A stretch of 52,371 nt of DNA from Deltaproteobacteria bacterium. GTDB lineage: Bacteria; Myxococcota_A; Polyangia; Polyangiales; B10-G4. Where the stretch lies: the NCBI GenBank assembly GCA_003647065.1, contig QMMC01000002.1:1-52371 (forward strand). The letters run 5' to 3'. A program made the position numbers and the translations under genes. The notes beneath the pieces were generated by a model that was not told where the DNA came from, made no database searches, and worked only from the letters and a program-made list of their open reading frames with translations. Shown in pieces: positions 8,250 to 17,769 of this stretch (positions within the stretch are counted from its first letter, which is position 1; each line of letters begins with the position of its first letter).

Positions 8250-10259
8250 TCAATCCCCAGGCACGAAACTCTCTTCGAAGAGCCCCTCGAAGGGATCGCG
8301 CGTGGTCCGGGTGCTTCCGTCGAGGCTGTTTGCGTCGGCTTGGGTCAGATCGATCACGGGGGCAAAGGCTGCTTCGTGGAACGCATCACAGAGGCGGGCC
8401 GCAAATGCATCCTCGTCTTCTGCGGTCTCCCGGACCGCTTCGGCGCAGCCGAGGACTCCCCCGCTCGGGCCCTCGAGGCAGACCTCCCCGGTCGTTCCGT
8501 CGGCTTCGACGCGGACCGTGAGCCCCGCGCTCCCCTCGTCGAAGCGCGGCGACCAACCGAGGCCCGCCCGGACCTGGGCACCGACCGGACCGGCGCCCCC
8601 GACGAATCGCACCGGCACGACGAAGCCGAGGCGGCGAAAGACCCCCGGGTCGATGCCGAAGGCCGCCTCGTAGTCCTCGAGGCTCGCGGACAAATCGCCC
8701 TCCAGGCGGGCGGCTTCGGCGGCGACGGCGTGGACCCGGGCGCGCAACAGTGCCTCGGCCGGGTTCAGCTCCGAGAGGGCCCGGGACGCGATCCGTCGCG
8801 CCTCCTCTTCGTCGCCGGCGGCGAGGGCGGCTTCCGCGGCAAAGGCATCGTAGTAGGCGTCGGCCCCGTCGCGCTCGTCCCGACTCCGGGCGCGGCGAAC
8901 CGCTTCGGTCACGATGCCCGGACCCACGACCTCCACGAACTCCCCCACGAGCCACGGCTGAATGATCGCCCCCTGGGCGCTGCCGATGCGGAACGAACCG
9001 ATGAGGCGCTCGTCGTCGGCGATTGCCCGGGCCGCCTTACGCCCGCTCATCCACGACTGACCCCGGAGCCAGAGCGCCTCGGCCCACCGACCGGGGTTTT
9101 CCCAGAAGGGGCGCGCCGCGGCCTCTTCCATGAGGGCCTCGGCGGCGAGGAAGTGGGCTCGGCGGTCGAGGAGGGCTGCGATGGCGAGGTCCTGGTCGGG
9201 GTCCCGGCTGTTGTGGGCCCGGCGGTCCGGGGCGACGAGGGCCTTCCCGGTGATGCGCCGGGCGTCCTCGTCGCGGCCAACGACGAGGAAGAAGCTAGAC
9301 AACGCCCGGCGCCCTTCGTTGCGGTCCGAGTCTCTGACGTGAGGAGGCCGCTTCTGCCGGTAGAGTGGCGCCTGCTTCAGCGCGTTCAGGGCCTCCGGGA
9401 AGCGTGCCTCACGGGTATAGAGTTCGGCGAGTTCGATCCACGGGTTTCCATACCAAGCGACCCCAGCGCGGGTCGCCTCGAGGCCGATTCGCTCGGCCTC
9501 GTCCAGCTTGAAGAGGCTGCGCGCGGCCTCGGAGTAGTTGGTGAGGTCGACCGCGTTGGGCCCCCCCGGCTTCGCCCGGCCGTACTCGAGGGCCTGGCGA
9601 CACGCCTCGTAACTCGCCCCGTCATTGCCTGCTTCGAACTCGACGGCACAGAGAGCGTTCAGGGCGATCTCGACCTGTCGCGGCGATCCTTCGGCGAGGC
9701 CCTCCTGGGCCGCGAGGCGGGCGTCGGCATGGAGGCCCATCTTCATGAGCGGCCACGCGCGGTCGGCGAGCATGTCGGGGTCGTAGAGTTCGTTGTAGCG
9801 CTCGATGTAGACCACCTTTTCGGCGTGGTGCTCGAGGTCGCCGTGGGTGGCTGCGAGCTCGGTGAGCAAACGCGAATGCCAACGCCACGGAGCCGGGGTC
9901 ACGGGCTCCGCTCCGTGAACTGCTTCGAACTCGCGGAGAGCAATCTCGTAGTGAAAGAGCGCCCGGGGGAAGTTCGCCTCGGCGTAGTGTTCGACGGCGC
10001 CGAGGACTAGGTGGCCCACGAAGCTGCGCGGGTCGTCGGCCACGATCTCCGCCGCCAACTCCCGGGCCTTGATGTTCCGGCCCCGCTGCACCATGTGCCA
10101 GGCCCGGAGTTCATCGTCGGCGGCCTCCTCACCAGGGTTCGCCGCGAGCAGAGCCGCGTCGAGCTCGTCGACGCCCGGCTGTGCGTGGACCAGGGCCGCA
10201 AGGGCCGAAAGGACGGCGACGAGGGCGGTGATCGCAGCGGTGCGGCGCAGTCGGGTCAC
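8250..10259 (-). CDS. Exported TPR-like helical repeat protein
   Basis: Sec-type signal MTRLRRTAAITALVAVLSALAALVHA; repeated TPR-like Ala/Leu/Tyr helices; 7 nt downstream of moxR. Confidence 0.75.
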   Translation of the reverse strand: MTRLRRTAAITALVAVLSALAALVHAQPGVDELDAALLAANPGEEAADDELRAWHMVQRGRNIKARELAAEIVADDPRSFVGHLVLGAVEHYAEANFPRALFHYEIALREFEAVHGAEPVTPAPWRWHSRLLTELAATHGDLEHHAEKVVYIERYNELYDPDMLADRAWPLMKMGLHADARLAAQEGLAEGSPRQVEIALNALCAVEFEAGNDGASYEACRQALEYGRAKPGGPNAVDLTNYSEAARSLFKLDEAERIGLEATRAGVAWYGNPWIELAELYTREARFPEALNALKQAPLYRQKRPPHVRDSDRNEGRRALSSFFLVVGRDEDARRITGKALVAPDRRAHNSRDPDQDLAIAALLDRRAHFLAAEALMEEAAARPFWENPGRWAEALWLRGQSWMSGRKAARAIADDERLIGSFRIGSAQGAIIQPWLVGEFVEVVGPGIVTEAVRRARSRDERDGADAYYDAFAAEAALAAGDEEEARRIASRALSELNPAEALLRARVHAVAAEAARLEGDLSASLEDYEAAFGIDPGVFRRLGFVVPVRFVGGAGPVGAQVRAGLGWSPRFDEGSAGLTVRVEADGTTGEVCLEGPSGGVLGCAEAVRETAEDEDAFAARLCDAFHEAAFAPVIDLTQADANSLDGSTRTTRDPFEGLFEESFVPGD

Positions 10260-10266
10260 TTGGATT

Positions 10267-11298
10267 TCACTTCGTAGAGCTCTTCTTCAGGCTGACCTGG
10301 GCGAGGGCTTCAATCGGGCCGCGTGCGCAGTCACGGACCACCGCCGCCGCATCGTCGATGCCCGCAGCGCACTCGATGCGGTGCTCGAAGATGTGGGGGG
10401 CGAGGGCCTCGAGGTCATCCGGGGAGACATAGTCGCGCCCCTCGATCACCGCCCGGGCCTGGAGCGCCGGTAGGCTGAGGACGAGGGAACGGGTGCTCGC
10501 CCCCTGGAGAACCCGCTCATCGCTCCGGAGGGCGTTGGCGAGGTCGACGAGAGCCTGCTTGAAGAGAGGGTCGATGCGCACGTCATGACGAATCGCCCGA
10601 CGCGCCTTGATGACCTCCGACCGGGAGACACCGGGGAGCTCCGCTGCGCGTACGAGGCTCGGCGTCGGATACTGGTCGAGGACCTCGAGCTCCGCCTCGG
10701 GGGCGATGTGCCTCATCACCAGCTTGAAGAGAAAGCGGTCGAGCTGCGGCGTGGGCAGGGGATAGGTGCCGGCGAGGTCGAGGGGGTTCTGGGTCGCGAT
10801 GACGAAGAAGAGGTCATCGAGGGCGTGGGTCGTATCGTCGGCGGTGACCTGCTTTTCCCCCATGGCCTCGAGCATCGCGGCCTGGACCTTCGGCGACGTG
10901 CGGTTGATCTCGTCGGCGAGGACCACGTGAGCGAAGATCGGGCCGCGGCGGAAGGTGAACCCGTTGGTCTCGACATCGAAGACGTTGGTCCCGGTGATGT
11001 CGCTGGGTAAGAGGTCCGGGGTGAACTGAATCCGGCGGAAGGGCGCGATGCCTTCGATGCCCGAGTCCTCCCGGACCGACTCACCGAGGGCTCGGGCCAG
11101 GGTCGTCTTGCCCGACCCCGGGAAGTCCTCGAGGAGGACGTGGCCGTCGGCGAGCATCGCCGTCAGCACCAGGTCGATGGTCTCGTCCCGGCCGCGGATC
11201 GCGGCCCGGAGGCGTGCCCGGAGACGGTCGACCACCCGGCGGGCGACCTCGAGGCCCGTGTCGCCGCCTGCCTCTGCACTCTCATTCGATTCCGTCAT
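10267..11298 (-). CDS. moxR: MoxR-family AAA+ ATPase
   Basis: GHVLLEDFPGSGKT, RIQFTPDLLPSDITG, VLADEINRTSPKVQAAMLEAM, ATQNP, GTYPLPTPQLDRF; GGAG RBS before ATG 11298. Confidence 0.93.
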   Translation of the reverse strand: MTESNESAEAGGDTGLEVARRVVDRLRARLRAAIRGRDETIDLVLTAMLADGHVLLEDFPGSGKTTLARALGESVREDSGIEGIAPFRRIQFTPDLLPSDITGTNVFDVETNGFTFRRGPIFAHVVLADEINRTSPKVQAAMLEAMGEKQVTADDTTHALDDLFFVIATQNPLDLAGTYPLPTPQLDRFLFKLVMRHIAPEAELEVLDQYPTPSLVRAAELPGVSRSEVIKARRAIRHDVRIDPLFKQALVDLANALRSDERVLQGASTRSLVLSLPALQARAVIEGRDYVSPDDLEALAPHIFEHRIECAAGIDDAAAVVRDCARGPIEALAQVSLKKSSTK

Positions 11299-11321
11299 GC
11301 TCACGCTCTCCATGTGGTCTC

Positions 11322-13559
11322 TCATCGCGAAAAGAGCCAGGTCCAAGGGCTCAAGATTGCCAATACTCGTCGGCGCCGGGGCACCGCGGCTCGGAGCTCC
11401 CGTCGCACGTCGCGGAAGAGGGCCCGGGGATCGGCGGCCCCGACTTCTCCCGCATCGGTCGATGCACCAAAGTGGGCGGCGACGTGGCCCCCGGTCAACG
11501 GCCCGAAGCTCGGCACCAGGCCTTCGACGCGACGGGCAAAGGCTTCTCGGGATTCGCCGTAGTCGCGGCGGATGCCCACGGCGCTGAGGCTGTCGAGGGC
11601 CGCCCGGTAGACGACTCGGGACGCCGCGTCCCCCGCGAAGAGGGCGGCACTCCGGCGCCAGAGGCGACCGAGAACGACGAATACGAAAGCAACCAACGCG
11701 AGGACCCCGAGGCCGCGCCCCACCCACAGGAGGGCGTCGCGTACGGCACCCCCGAGGTCGATGGCCGCTTCACCGTCGATGGGCAGCGGCTGCTGGCCCC
11801 GGACGAGCTCTGCGAGGAGCCGCTGGAGGTCCGGGTCCGGCGGGCCCGGCGGCGCCGAGAGCACAGTCTGAGGCGCGACGTCCATCACGACCCAGCCCAC
11901 CCCGTCGACGTACACCTCGGGCCACGCGTGGCTCGCTTGCCCGCTCACCAGGATGGCCGAGCCGCCTTGCCGCGACGCCTCGTCGACCGCGTAGCCGGTC
12001 GCGACCCGGGCGGGGATGCCGAGGGTTCGCATGAGGTAGGTCGCGGCATGCGAGAAGTGCACGCAGTACCCCGTCAGATCTCCGAAGAGAAAGCTACCGG
12101 TGGGGTCATCGGCGTCGGCGTGGCGGCTCCGGAGGCTGTAGGTGCCCTCTTCGCTGAGGTATTGGGTGACGCTGAGGGCTCGGGCCACGGGGTCGTCCCG
12201 GAGGTCTTCAGGGAGGCCTATGATGATGCGCTCGGCGAGCTCTCGGTAGCGGGGGTCCGGCGGGGCTTCGGTGTAGTGGCGGAGCACTTCGTCGCTCCAC
12301 ATGGCGTCTCCGACGGGCAAGCCCAGCATCGAGATGTGGTCGGCGATGAGCACCGCGCTCCTCGCCCGATACAGACGCTTGAAGCGCCGCGGATTGGGGT
12401 TGGGCTCGGGGCGGAGCTCGACCGGGGCCTCGAGGGCGAAGGGCCGGTTGTGGGTCGCGAGGAGGGCGACGGTGGTCTCGATGGAGCCGCGGAAGAAGCT
12501 CTCATCGGGGGCATCGGTGATCGGCGTGGGTGACGTCGGAAAGCCGCGGGCGATGTCGCGATCCACATCTGCCCGGGTTGCCGCGACGAGGCGGCGTCCG
12601 TTGTATTGGCTGAAGGCTCCCTGGCGGAGATAGTAGACGCCGGTCGGCGACGAGTAATCGTCGTGCAGCAAGACGACCCCGACCGGGACGCGATTCTGGG
12701 CGTTGTCGTAGTTGTCTCGAAACTCGAGCTGCTCGTTGTTTCGGCGCCCGGCCTGCTCCTGGCGTCGCTGCTCCTCGGACCCGTCGTCACCGCGTAGACC
12801 GAGACCGCCGCCGGTCTCCGGGACCGTCGCCTCGGGCATCAGACCGACGACGAAGAGGCCGAAGACCAGAAGGAGGGCGACCGCGCCGAGGTGAAAGACG
12901 CCGCGGACGATGTTGCGCTCGCTCAGAAGCAGCAAGATGACGACCGCCGCCGCCACGCCACCGATGATCATCAGGGCGATCGTCGGATCGCTGCCTCCGG
13001 AGATGATCGGGTCGGCGATCTCGAAGGGCCGGTTGATCGCCCCGTCCTGGTGGGCAACGACGAGCTGGCCAAAGGCGAGGGCGATGAAGGCAACCTCGAT
13101 CGCCGACAGAGCCGCTCGGCGCAAGGTCACGGCGCGCAGCGTCGTAGACAATACGAACGCCGCGAGGCTGAACTCGAGGGCATCGCCGACTCGCAGGGCC
13201 TGACCGGGACCGAGGGCCTGGGCCGCGATATCGGTCCGCCCCCAGAGGCCGCCGATGAAGAAGACCGCAAAAAGGCCCGCCACCCCGAAGCCGAGGATAG
13301 CCCCGAGGCGCAGCTTGCTCGCGGCGACGAAGCGCGCCGACAGGGCCCCGAGGGCCGAGCCGACCGCAGCAGCGACCACGGCCTCGGGCACGGTGAGGGG
13401 CCACGAGAACACCGCCGCGGTGACGCCGTGGACGATCATCCGGGCACCGGTCGCGAGCCACGGCTCACGGGCCGCCGCGAAGCCGAGGGCCCGACCGGAC
13501 GGTTGGCCGGGAACTCGACCGGGAGACCGGGTCTTCTTGCTCTCCTTGCGCGCGCTCAC
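11322..13559 (-). CDS. Membrane-bound transglutaminase-like protein (TgpA-like)
   Basis: Multiple N-terminal TM helices; triad motifs GYCVHFS, HAWPEVY, MD; C-terminal TM plus tail; GTG start overlaps the DUF58 stop. Confidence 0.88.
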   Translation of the reverse strand: MSARKESKKTRSPGRVPGQPSGRALGFAAAREPWLATGARMIVHGVTAAVFSWPLTVPEAVVAAAVGSALGALSARFVAASKLRLGAILGFGVAGLFAVFFIGGLWGRTDIAAQALGPGQALRVGDALEFSLAAFVLSTTLRAVTLRRAALSAIEVAFIALAFGQLVVAHQDGAINRPFEIADPIISGGSDPTIALMIIGGVAAAVVILLLLSERNIVRGVFHLGAVALLLVFGLFVVGLMPEATVPETGGGLGLRGDDGSEEQRRQEQAGRRNNEQLEFRDNYDNAQNRVPVGVVLLHDDYSSPTGVYYLRQGAFSQYNGRRLVAATRADVDRDIARGFPTSPTPITDAPDESFFRGSIETTVALLATHNRPFALEAPVELRPEPNPNPRRFKRLYRARSAVLIADHISMLGLPVGDAMWSDEVLRHYTEAPPDPRYRELAERIIIGLPEDLRDDPVARALSVTQYLSEEGTYSLRSRHADADDPTGSFLFGDLTGYCVHFSHAATYLMRTLGIPARVATGYAVDEASRQGGSAILVSGQASHAWPEVYVDGVGWVVMDVAPQTVLSAPPGPPDPDLQRLLAELVRGQQPLPIDGEAAIDLGGAVRDALLWVGRGLGVLALVAFVFVVLGRLWRRSAALFAGDAASRVVYRAALDSLSAVGIRRDYGESREAFARRVEGLVPSFGPLTGGHVAAHFGASTDAGEVGAADPRALFRDVRRELRAAVPRRRRVLAILSPWTWLFSR

Positions 13560-14920
13560 GCCGGAGCCCTCCGGGACTTGCCCGGCATGAGCGAGGGGAC
13601 CGACTTCTTGGCGCGCCGCGACCGGCTCACGTGGGCGCCGCCGAGGCGCCGGCCGGTCGGGCGGTCGTAGACGACGACATCGACGCGCGCATGGCCGAGG
13701 GCCCGAAGGGTGCTGTTGAGGACTTCGGCCGACGAGCCTTCCACCGGTCCGGCCCGGGTGAGCAATCGGGCGAGGGGCCCGCGGTCCGGGGCCGGGACGA
13801 GACCGTCGACGCCGATGACGACGCGCAGCCCTCCGGGACGGCGGGCGGCGAGCTGGTGGACGGCGTCGATCCAAGGGCCTTTGGTCAGCGGCGCGAAGAC
13901 CACCAGAGCCGCGGGCCCCGAGCGCTCGGCACGGGCGACGAAGGCAGCGAGGCCCGCGCCCTGCCCTTCCCCGGAGGCACCCCCGGAACCGTCGACGGCA
14001 GAGCCCACGATGAGAGAGACGGCGTCGGCGACATTGTCGGCGTCAGTCGCCGCTCCATCCGCCCCAAAGACCCAATCCCGACCGAGGGCGCCGCGCTCGA
14101 CGGCCACCCGAGCCGCGCCGGCGCTCGCTTCGTCCTCGGGCCCGGCGACGAAGTACGCGGCGGTCCGACGCGCCGTCGACAGGGCACGCTCGGGGACCCG
14201 GACGACGAGTTTCCGGGTGCGCGCAAAGACCTTCCAATGGATGAAACGAGCCGGGTCCCCCGGAGCGTAGCGGCGGAGGTCCGTGCGGTCACCGTCATCG
14301 ATGCCCATCGGGTGGGGCGCGTCATCGCCCCCGGCGAAGGCGGTCAGGGGTTCCATGCGGCCGAGACGCCCCGGATGCGGGCGCACCTCGATGGCGACCG
14401 GGTCGTCGACGCGAAACGCGACGCGAGCGAGGCGGAAAACATCCTCGACGACGACCCGCCGCCGTACACCACGATGGCGACCCCGGCGCGAAGCCCGGAT
14501 CCGCTCCTCGCGACGGAAGAGCTTCCGGACCGGGTCGACCGTGAACTCCTCGGGGTACTCCCACTCCCAGCGCACGGCCACGAGGGGCAGGTAGCCGAAG
14601 GTCGGCAATACCCACCCGGTCGGGGTGAGGCGCCCCGTCTCCAGGGTGAGCTCGGTCGCCGCGACCAGGCGACGCGCCCGAAAACGCAGGGCGATGGCAA
14701 AAAGCATCACCGAGACGACGGAAATCGCGACCAATCCGAGGCCCGCGGAGCAGGCCACGAGGAGGACCACGTCCATACGCTGCTTGCCGAGGTACTCGAG
14801 CCCGACCCAGAAAACCCCAGCGGCGAGGACCCCGAGGGCCGTCACCGGGATCGGGTCGACGACCCGCCGCGCCCCCCGGCGGACTTTCTGGGCTATGGCT
14901 ATCAGGGCGGAGCGGCGCAT
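13556..14920 (-). CDS. DUF58-domain protein (MoxR partner)
   Basis: Two N-terminal TM segments; DUF58 motif DLRRYAPGDPARFIHWKVFAR; same operon as moxR; start uncertain (14920-14962). Confidence 0.88.
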   Translation of the reverse strand: MRRSALIAIAQKVRRGARRVVDPIPVTALGVLAAGVFWVGLEYLGKQRMDVVLLVACSAGLGLVAISVVSVMLFAIALRFRARRLVAATELTLETGRLTPTGWVLPTFGYLPLVAVRWEWEYPEEFTVDPVRKLFRREERIRASRRGRHRGVRRRVVVEDVFRLARVAFRVDDPVAIEVRPHPGRLGRMEPLTAFAGGDDAPHPMGIDDGDRTDLRRYAPGDPARFIHWKVFARTRKLVVRVPERALSTARRTAAYFVAGPEDEASAGAARVAVERGALGRDWVFGADGAATDADNVADAVSLIVGSAVDGSGGASGEGQGAGLAAFVARAERSGPAALVVFAPLTKGPWIDAVHQLAARRPGGLRVVIGVDGLVPAPDRGPLARLLTRAGPVEGSSAEVLNSTLRALGHARVDVVVYDRPTGRRLGGAHVSRSRRAKKSVPSLMPGKSRRAPA

Positions 14921-15032
14921 GGGGGCGTGAGGGTGACACCCTTTGTAGGCGATTGTTTGCACAACCCGCCGGTTCTCGTAGCATTCCTATAGAGGAGGGA
15001 ACGTGCCCTCCAAATCGCCACTGGGGGGCTCG

Positions 15033-15623
15033 ATGACCTGGAAAACGACCTTGGGGCTTATCGCGGTGGCGCTCGCCACAGCCGCTTGCGGCGGAGGCAC
15101 CGCACAGACCTCATCGACGGGGGCCGGAGCCGGTCCGATCGCCGATCCCGGACCGGTGAATTCGGGCCCGGTGATCCAGTCCGGGGACCGAATGGTGGCC
15201 GCCGAAATCGGCAGCGCCGGCGGGACCCTGTCGCTCACCAACGGCTCCCGCGTCGAGATCCCGAGGGGAGCCCTCAGCGAGACCATCGAAGTGCACCTCT
15301 CGGTCGGCACCCAGACCCAGGCGTTCAACAACCGCGACTACGAGAAGCCCCTCGGCCCGACCATCCACCTGCAGCCGACCATGCAGACCTCCGCGCCGGT
15401 CGTCATCTCGATCCCCGTCGCGAACATCCCTCGGGAGTTCACCGGCGGTGAGCTCACCCTCGCCGTCGAGGTCCCCGCCGCCGGCCAGCGCGCCGGCGTC
15501 ATGGGCGCCACCCAGACCACCTGGTCCCACGTCGAAGCCCGCACCGAGAACGGCCGCTTCGTCGCGGATCTCCCGGACGTCCCGGGCATGCGACTCCAAT
15601 TCCTGGTAGCCGAGCCCGAGTAG
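15033..15623 (+). CDS. Lipoprotein with ZU5-like beta domain
   Basis: Lipobox TAA|C; IGSAGGTLSLTNGSRVEIPRGAL resembles the ZU5-like pattern; alternative GTG start at 15003. Confidence 0.7.
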   Translation: MTWKTTLGLIAVALATAACGGGTAQTSSTGAGAGPIADPGPVNSGPVIQSGDRMVAAEIGSAGGTLSLTNGSRVEIPRGALSETIEVHLSVGTQTQAFNNRDYEKPLGPTIHLQPTMQTSAPVVISIPVANIPREFTGGELTLAVEVPAAGQRAGVMGATQTTWSHVEARTENGRFVADLPDVPGMRLQFLVAEPE

Positions 15624-15624
15624 T

Positions 15625-15657
15625 CGAAGTCTCGGGCGGCGAGACCCGCCGACTTCG
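15625..15657. terminator. Stem-loop between convergent genes
   Basis: cgaagtc...gacttcg outer stem with ggcgg/ccgcc inner stem; no U-tract. Confidence 0.45.
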
Positions 15658-15718
15658 TGGTGACGTCGGCACCGTCGCCGTTCGGTCGACTGGTCCCTCG
15701 AGCAGAAGGCTTCGTCGC

Positions 15719-16009
15719 TCAGGCCGCCGACACGAGGTTCTCGCGCACCATCCTCGGGTGTCGCGCGGCGATGCGCAGCAGAGCGAGGGCGGGGCCCTCA
15801 GGCCACCGTCTTCCCTGCTCCCAATTGCGGAGCGTATGCACGCTTATCCCGAGTGCTTCGGCAAAGCGCATCTGGGTCAGGCCAACAAACTTCCTGAGAG
15901 CGACAACGTCGTCGCCGGACTCGATTTCGCCGCGAATCAGCCGCTTGCGTACGCTCGCCTTGATCGCTCGGCTGAAGTCCACATCGGTCAATTCGGAAAT
16001 ATCGCTCAT
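15719..16009 (-). CDS. XRE/Cro HTH protein, HigA/YiaG-like antitoxin-type regulator
   Basis: LRKFVGLTQMRFAEALGISVHTLRNWEQGRRWPEGPALALLRI. Confidence 0.88.
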   Translation of the reverse strand: MSDISELTDVDFSRAIKASVRKRLIRGEIESGDDVVALRKFVGLTQMRFAEALGISVHTLRNWEQGRRWPEGPALALLRIAARHPRMVRENLVSAA

Positions 16010-16084
16010 CGTTCGTCTTCCATGGTGCGTCAATGGCGGAGTAAGTCAATGGCTTACCACGAGGCGATACGGACCGCCCTCCGC

Positions 16085-17461
16085 TCACCGCCGCCGGCCC
16101 AGTCTCATCCCGGCCACCGCGAGGAGGCCGAGAGTGAACGCGATGGCGTGACGCGGTGACGGGCCCCGGCTGCCGGCGGCGACGGTGCAACAGCCGCCGG
16201 ACTCCGACACGGGTTCCGGCTGGGCGAGGAGGCGGCAAGCGCCGTCCACGCAGGCTTCGCCTGGTTCGCAGAGCGCGCCCTCGTCGGTAGTGCCGTCGCA
16301 GTCGTCGTCCCATCCGTCACAGGTCTCGGTGACCGCCGGGCCGATCGCGCCTTCGCAGGTTCCCCAGAGGCCGTCGACGCAGGCCTGCATTCCCTGGACG
16401 CACACCCCGGCGTAGAGGCCGCAGGTTCGGGTGTCGCCGAGGATGCATGCGCAGCCGGGGTCGACCTCGCCATCGCAGTCGTCGTCGATGCCGTTGCACA
16501 CTTCGGTCGCGCCGGGGTTGACCAAGCCATCACCGTCGTCGCAGTCGACGATGTCGCGGTCGAGGGGCGTGCCGGGGACCGTCGGGTCGCTGCCGCAGGT
16601 GGTGTAGAGGTCGACGTCGAGGTCGAAGTCCTCGTCGACCGCATCGTCGCAGTCGTTGTCGTACCCGTCGCAAGTCTCCTCGGTGACGAAGCGGGCGATG
16701 GCGCCCATGGCGACGCGCAGCCCCGCGAGGTCGTCGGCTTGGTGGTAGCAGCGCGCGGCGCTGGTGGCGTCGTCGCTGTCCACGTCGCAACCGGTGACGG
16801 CCGTGCCCCCCGCCACCGCGGAGCGGTTGAGGGTGAGGGCGTCGACGCCCCGACCGAAGCCGATGACGTGCACGTACACCCCGAGGTCCCGCAGAGCCAT
16901 GATCGACGCGACGGGCCAGAATCGCTGTTCGCGAATGCACAGGCCAGAGGTGATGCAGCACTGCCGGCCGTCGGTGACCAGGATGATGTGGCGATCGCGG
17001 CTGGTATCGGTGAGGGCGCCTTCGGCCACCAGGAGATCGAGGGTCTGGCTGGTCGGCGTCCAGTTGCCACCGTGGGGAGGATCGTCGACGGGGAACGCGT
17101 CCATCACCTCGGCCGCCGAATGGGAGTCGACGTCGAGGACGACGCCGCCGGGATCGCAGGAGTCCGCCCCGTCGACCGCTGGAAAGAGCGCGACGCCGAA
17201 GTCGACCGTGGCGGCGAAGCCCGTCGCCAGCTCGTCGACCGCGCGCCGGGCGGCGCCCCACTTGCTGTGTCCGCTCGGCAGGAGGCCCGTTCGCGACGCC
17301 GACATCGACGACGACCGGTCGACGACCACCAGAATGCGCGGCGCTTCACATCGGGCCTGGGCCGCGGCCTGCGAGGGCGCGCTTGGAAAAGACGCCGTCA
17401 CGCCCAACAAGACCAGAAGATGGAAGAGGGAGGAAAAGGCTGTCGCTGAGGGGGATCGCAT
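16085..17461 (-). CDS. vWA-domain surface protein with Cys/Asp (MopE-like) repeats and MYXO-CTERM anchor
   Basis: Signal peptide; MIDAS DRSSS...TPT...TDG; repeats ExCDGxDNDCDxxxDE; C-terminal GGCC, linker, hydrophobic helix, RRR. Confidence 0.88.
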   Translation of the reverse strand: MRSPSATAFSSLFHLLVLLGVTASFPSAPSQAAAQARCEAPRILVVVDRSSSMSASRTGLLPSGHSKWGAARRAVDELATGFAATVDFGVALFPAVDGADSCDPGGVVLDVDSHSAAEVMDAFPVDDPPHGGNWTPTSQTLDLLVAEGALTDTSRDRHIILVTDGRQCCITSGLCIREQRFWPVASIMALRDLGVYVHVIGFGRGVDALTLNRSAVAGGTAVTGCDVDSDDATSAARCYHQADDLAGLRVAMGAIARFVTEETCDGYDNDCDDAVDEDFDLDVDLYTTCGSDPTVPGTPLDRDIVDCDDGDGLVNPGATEVCNGIDDDCDGEVDPGCACILGDTRTCGLYAGVCVQGMQACVDGLWGTCEGAIGPAVTETCDGWDDDCDGTTDEGALCEPGEACVDGACRLLAQPEPVSESGGCCTVAAGSRGPSPRHAIAFTLGLLAVAGMRLGRRR

Positions 17462-17769
17462 GACGAGACTCCATTCGATGAGCCCGGCGAGGCCCCACTA
17501 CGGGCCCCTTGCCGGTGATGACACCACCGGCCACTGGAACGGAATTCGCGCCAGATCGTGGGGTCGGTGGTCCCGGTATCGGCCGTTCCCGTATCCAGTT
17601 GCGGATTTTCTCGACGGGCCCTCGAGTCCGTATCCACCCGGTTCTGACGGGACCGTTGCTGATTCACCGAGCGGCGGCGAGGCCTCGATGCCGCACCGTG
17701 TGGAAGGCAAAATCGTCCATTGCCACCGGGCACGGCCCTTGCGTTGAGGTATGCTCGATGGAGTTGTCG

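Noticed and set aside
4642-10010. Long plus-strand ORFs 4642-6369, 6808-7827 and 8184-10010
   Set aside because: Opposite well-supported genes; stop-poor shadow frames typical of high GC; no motifs
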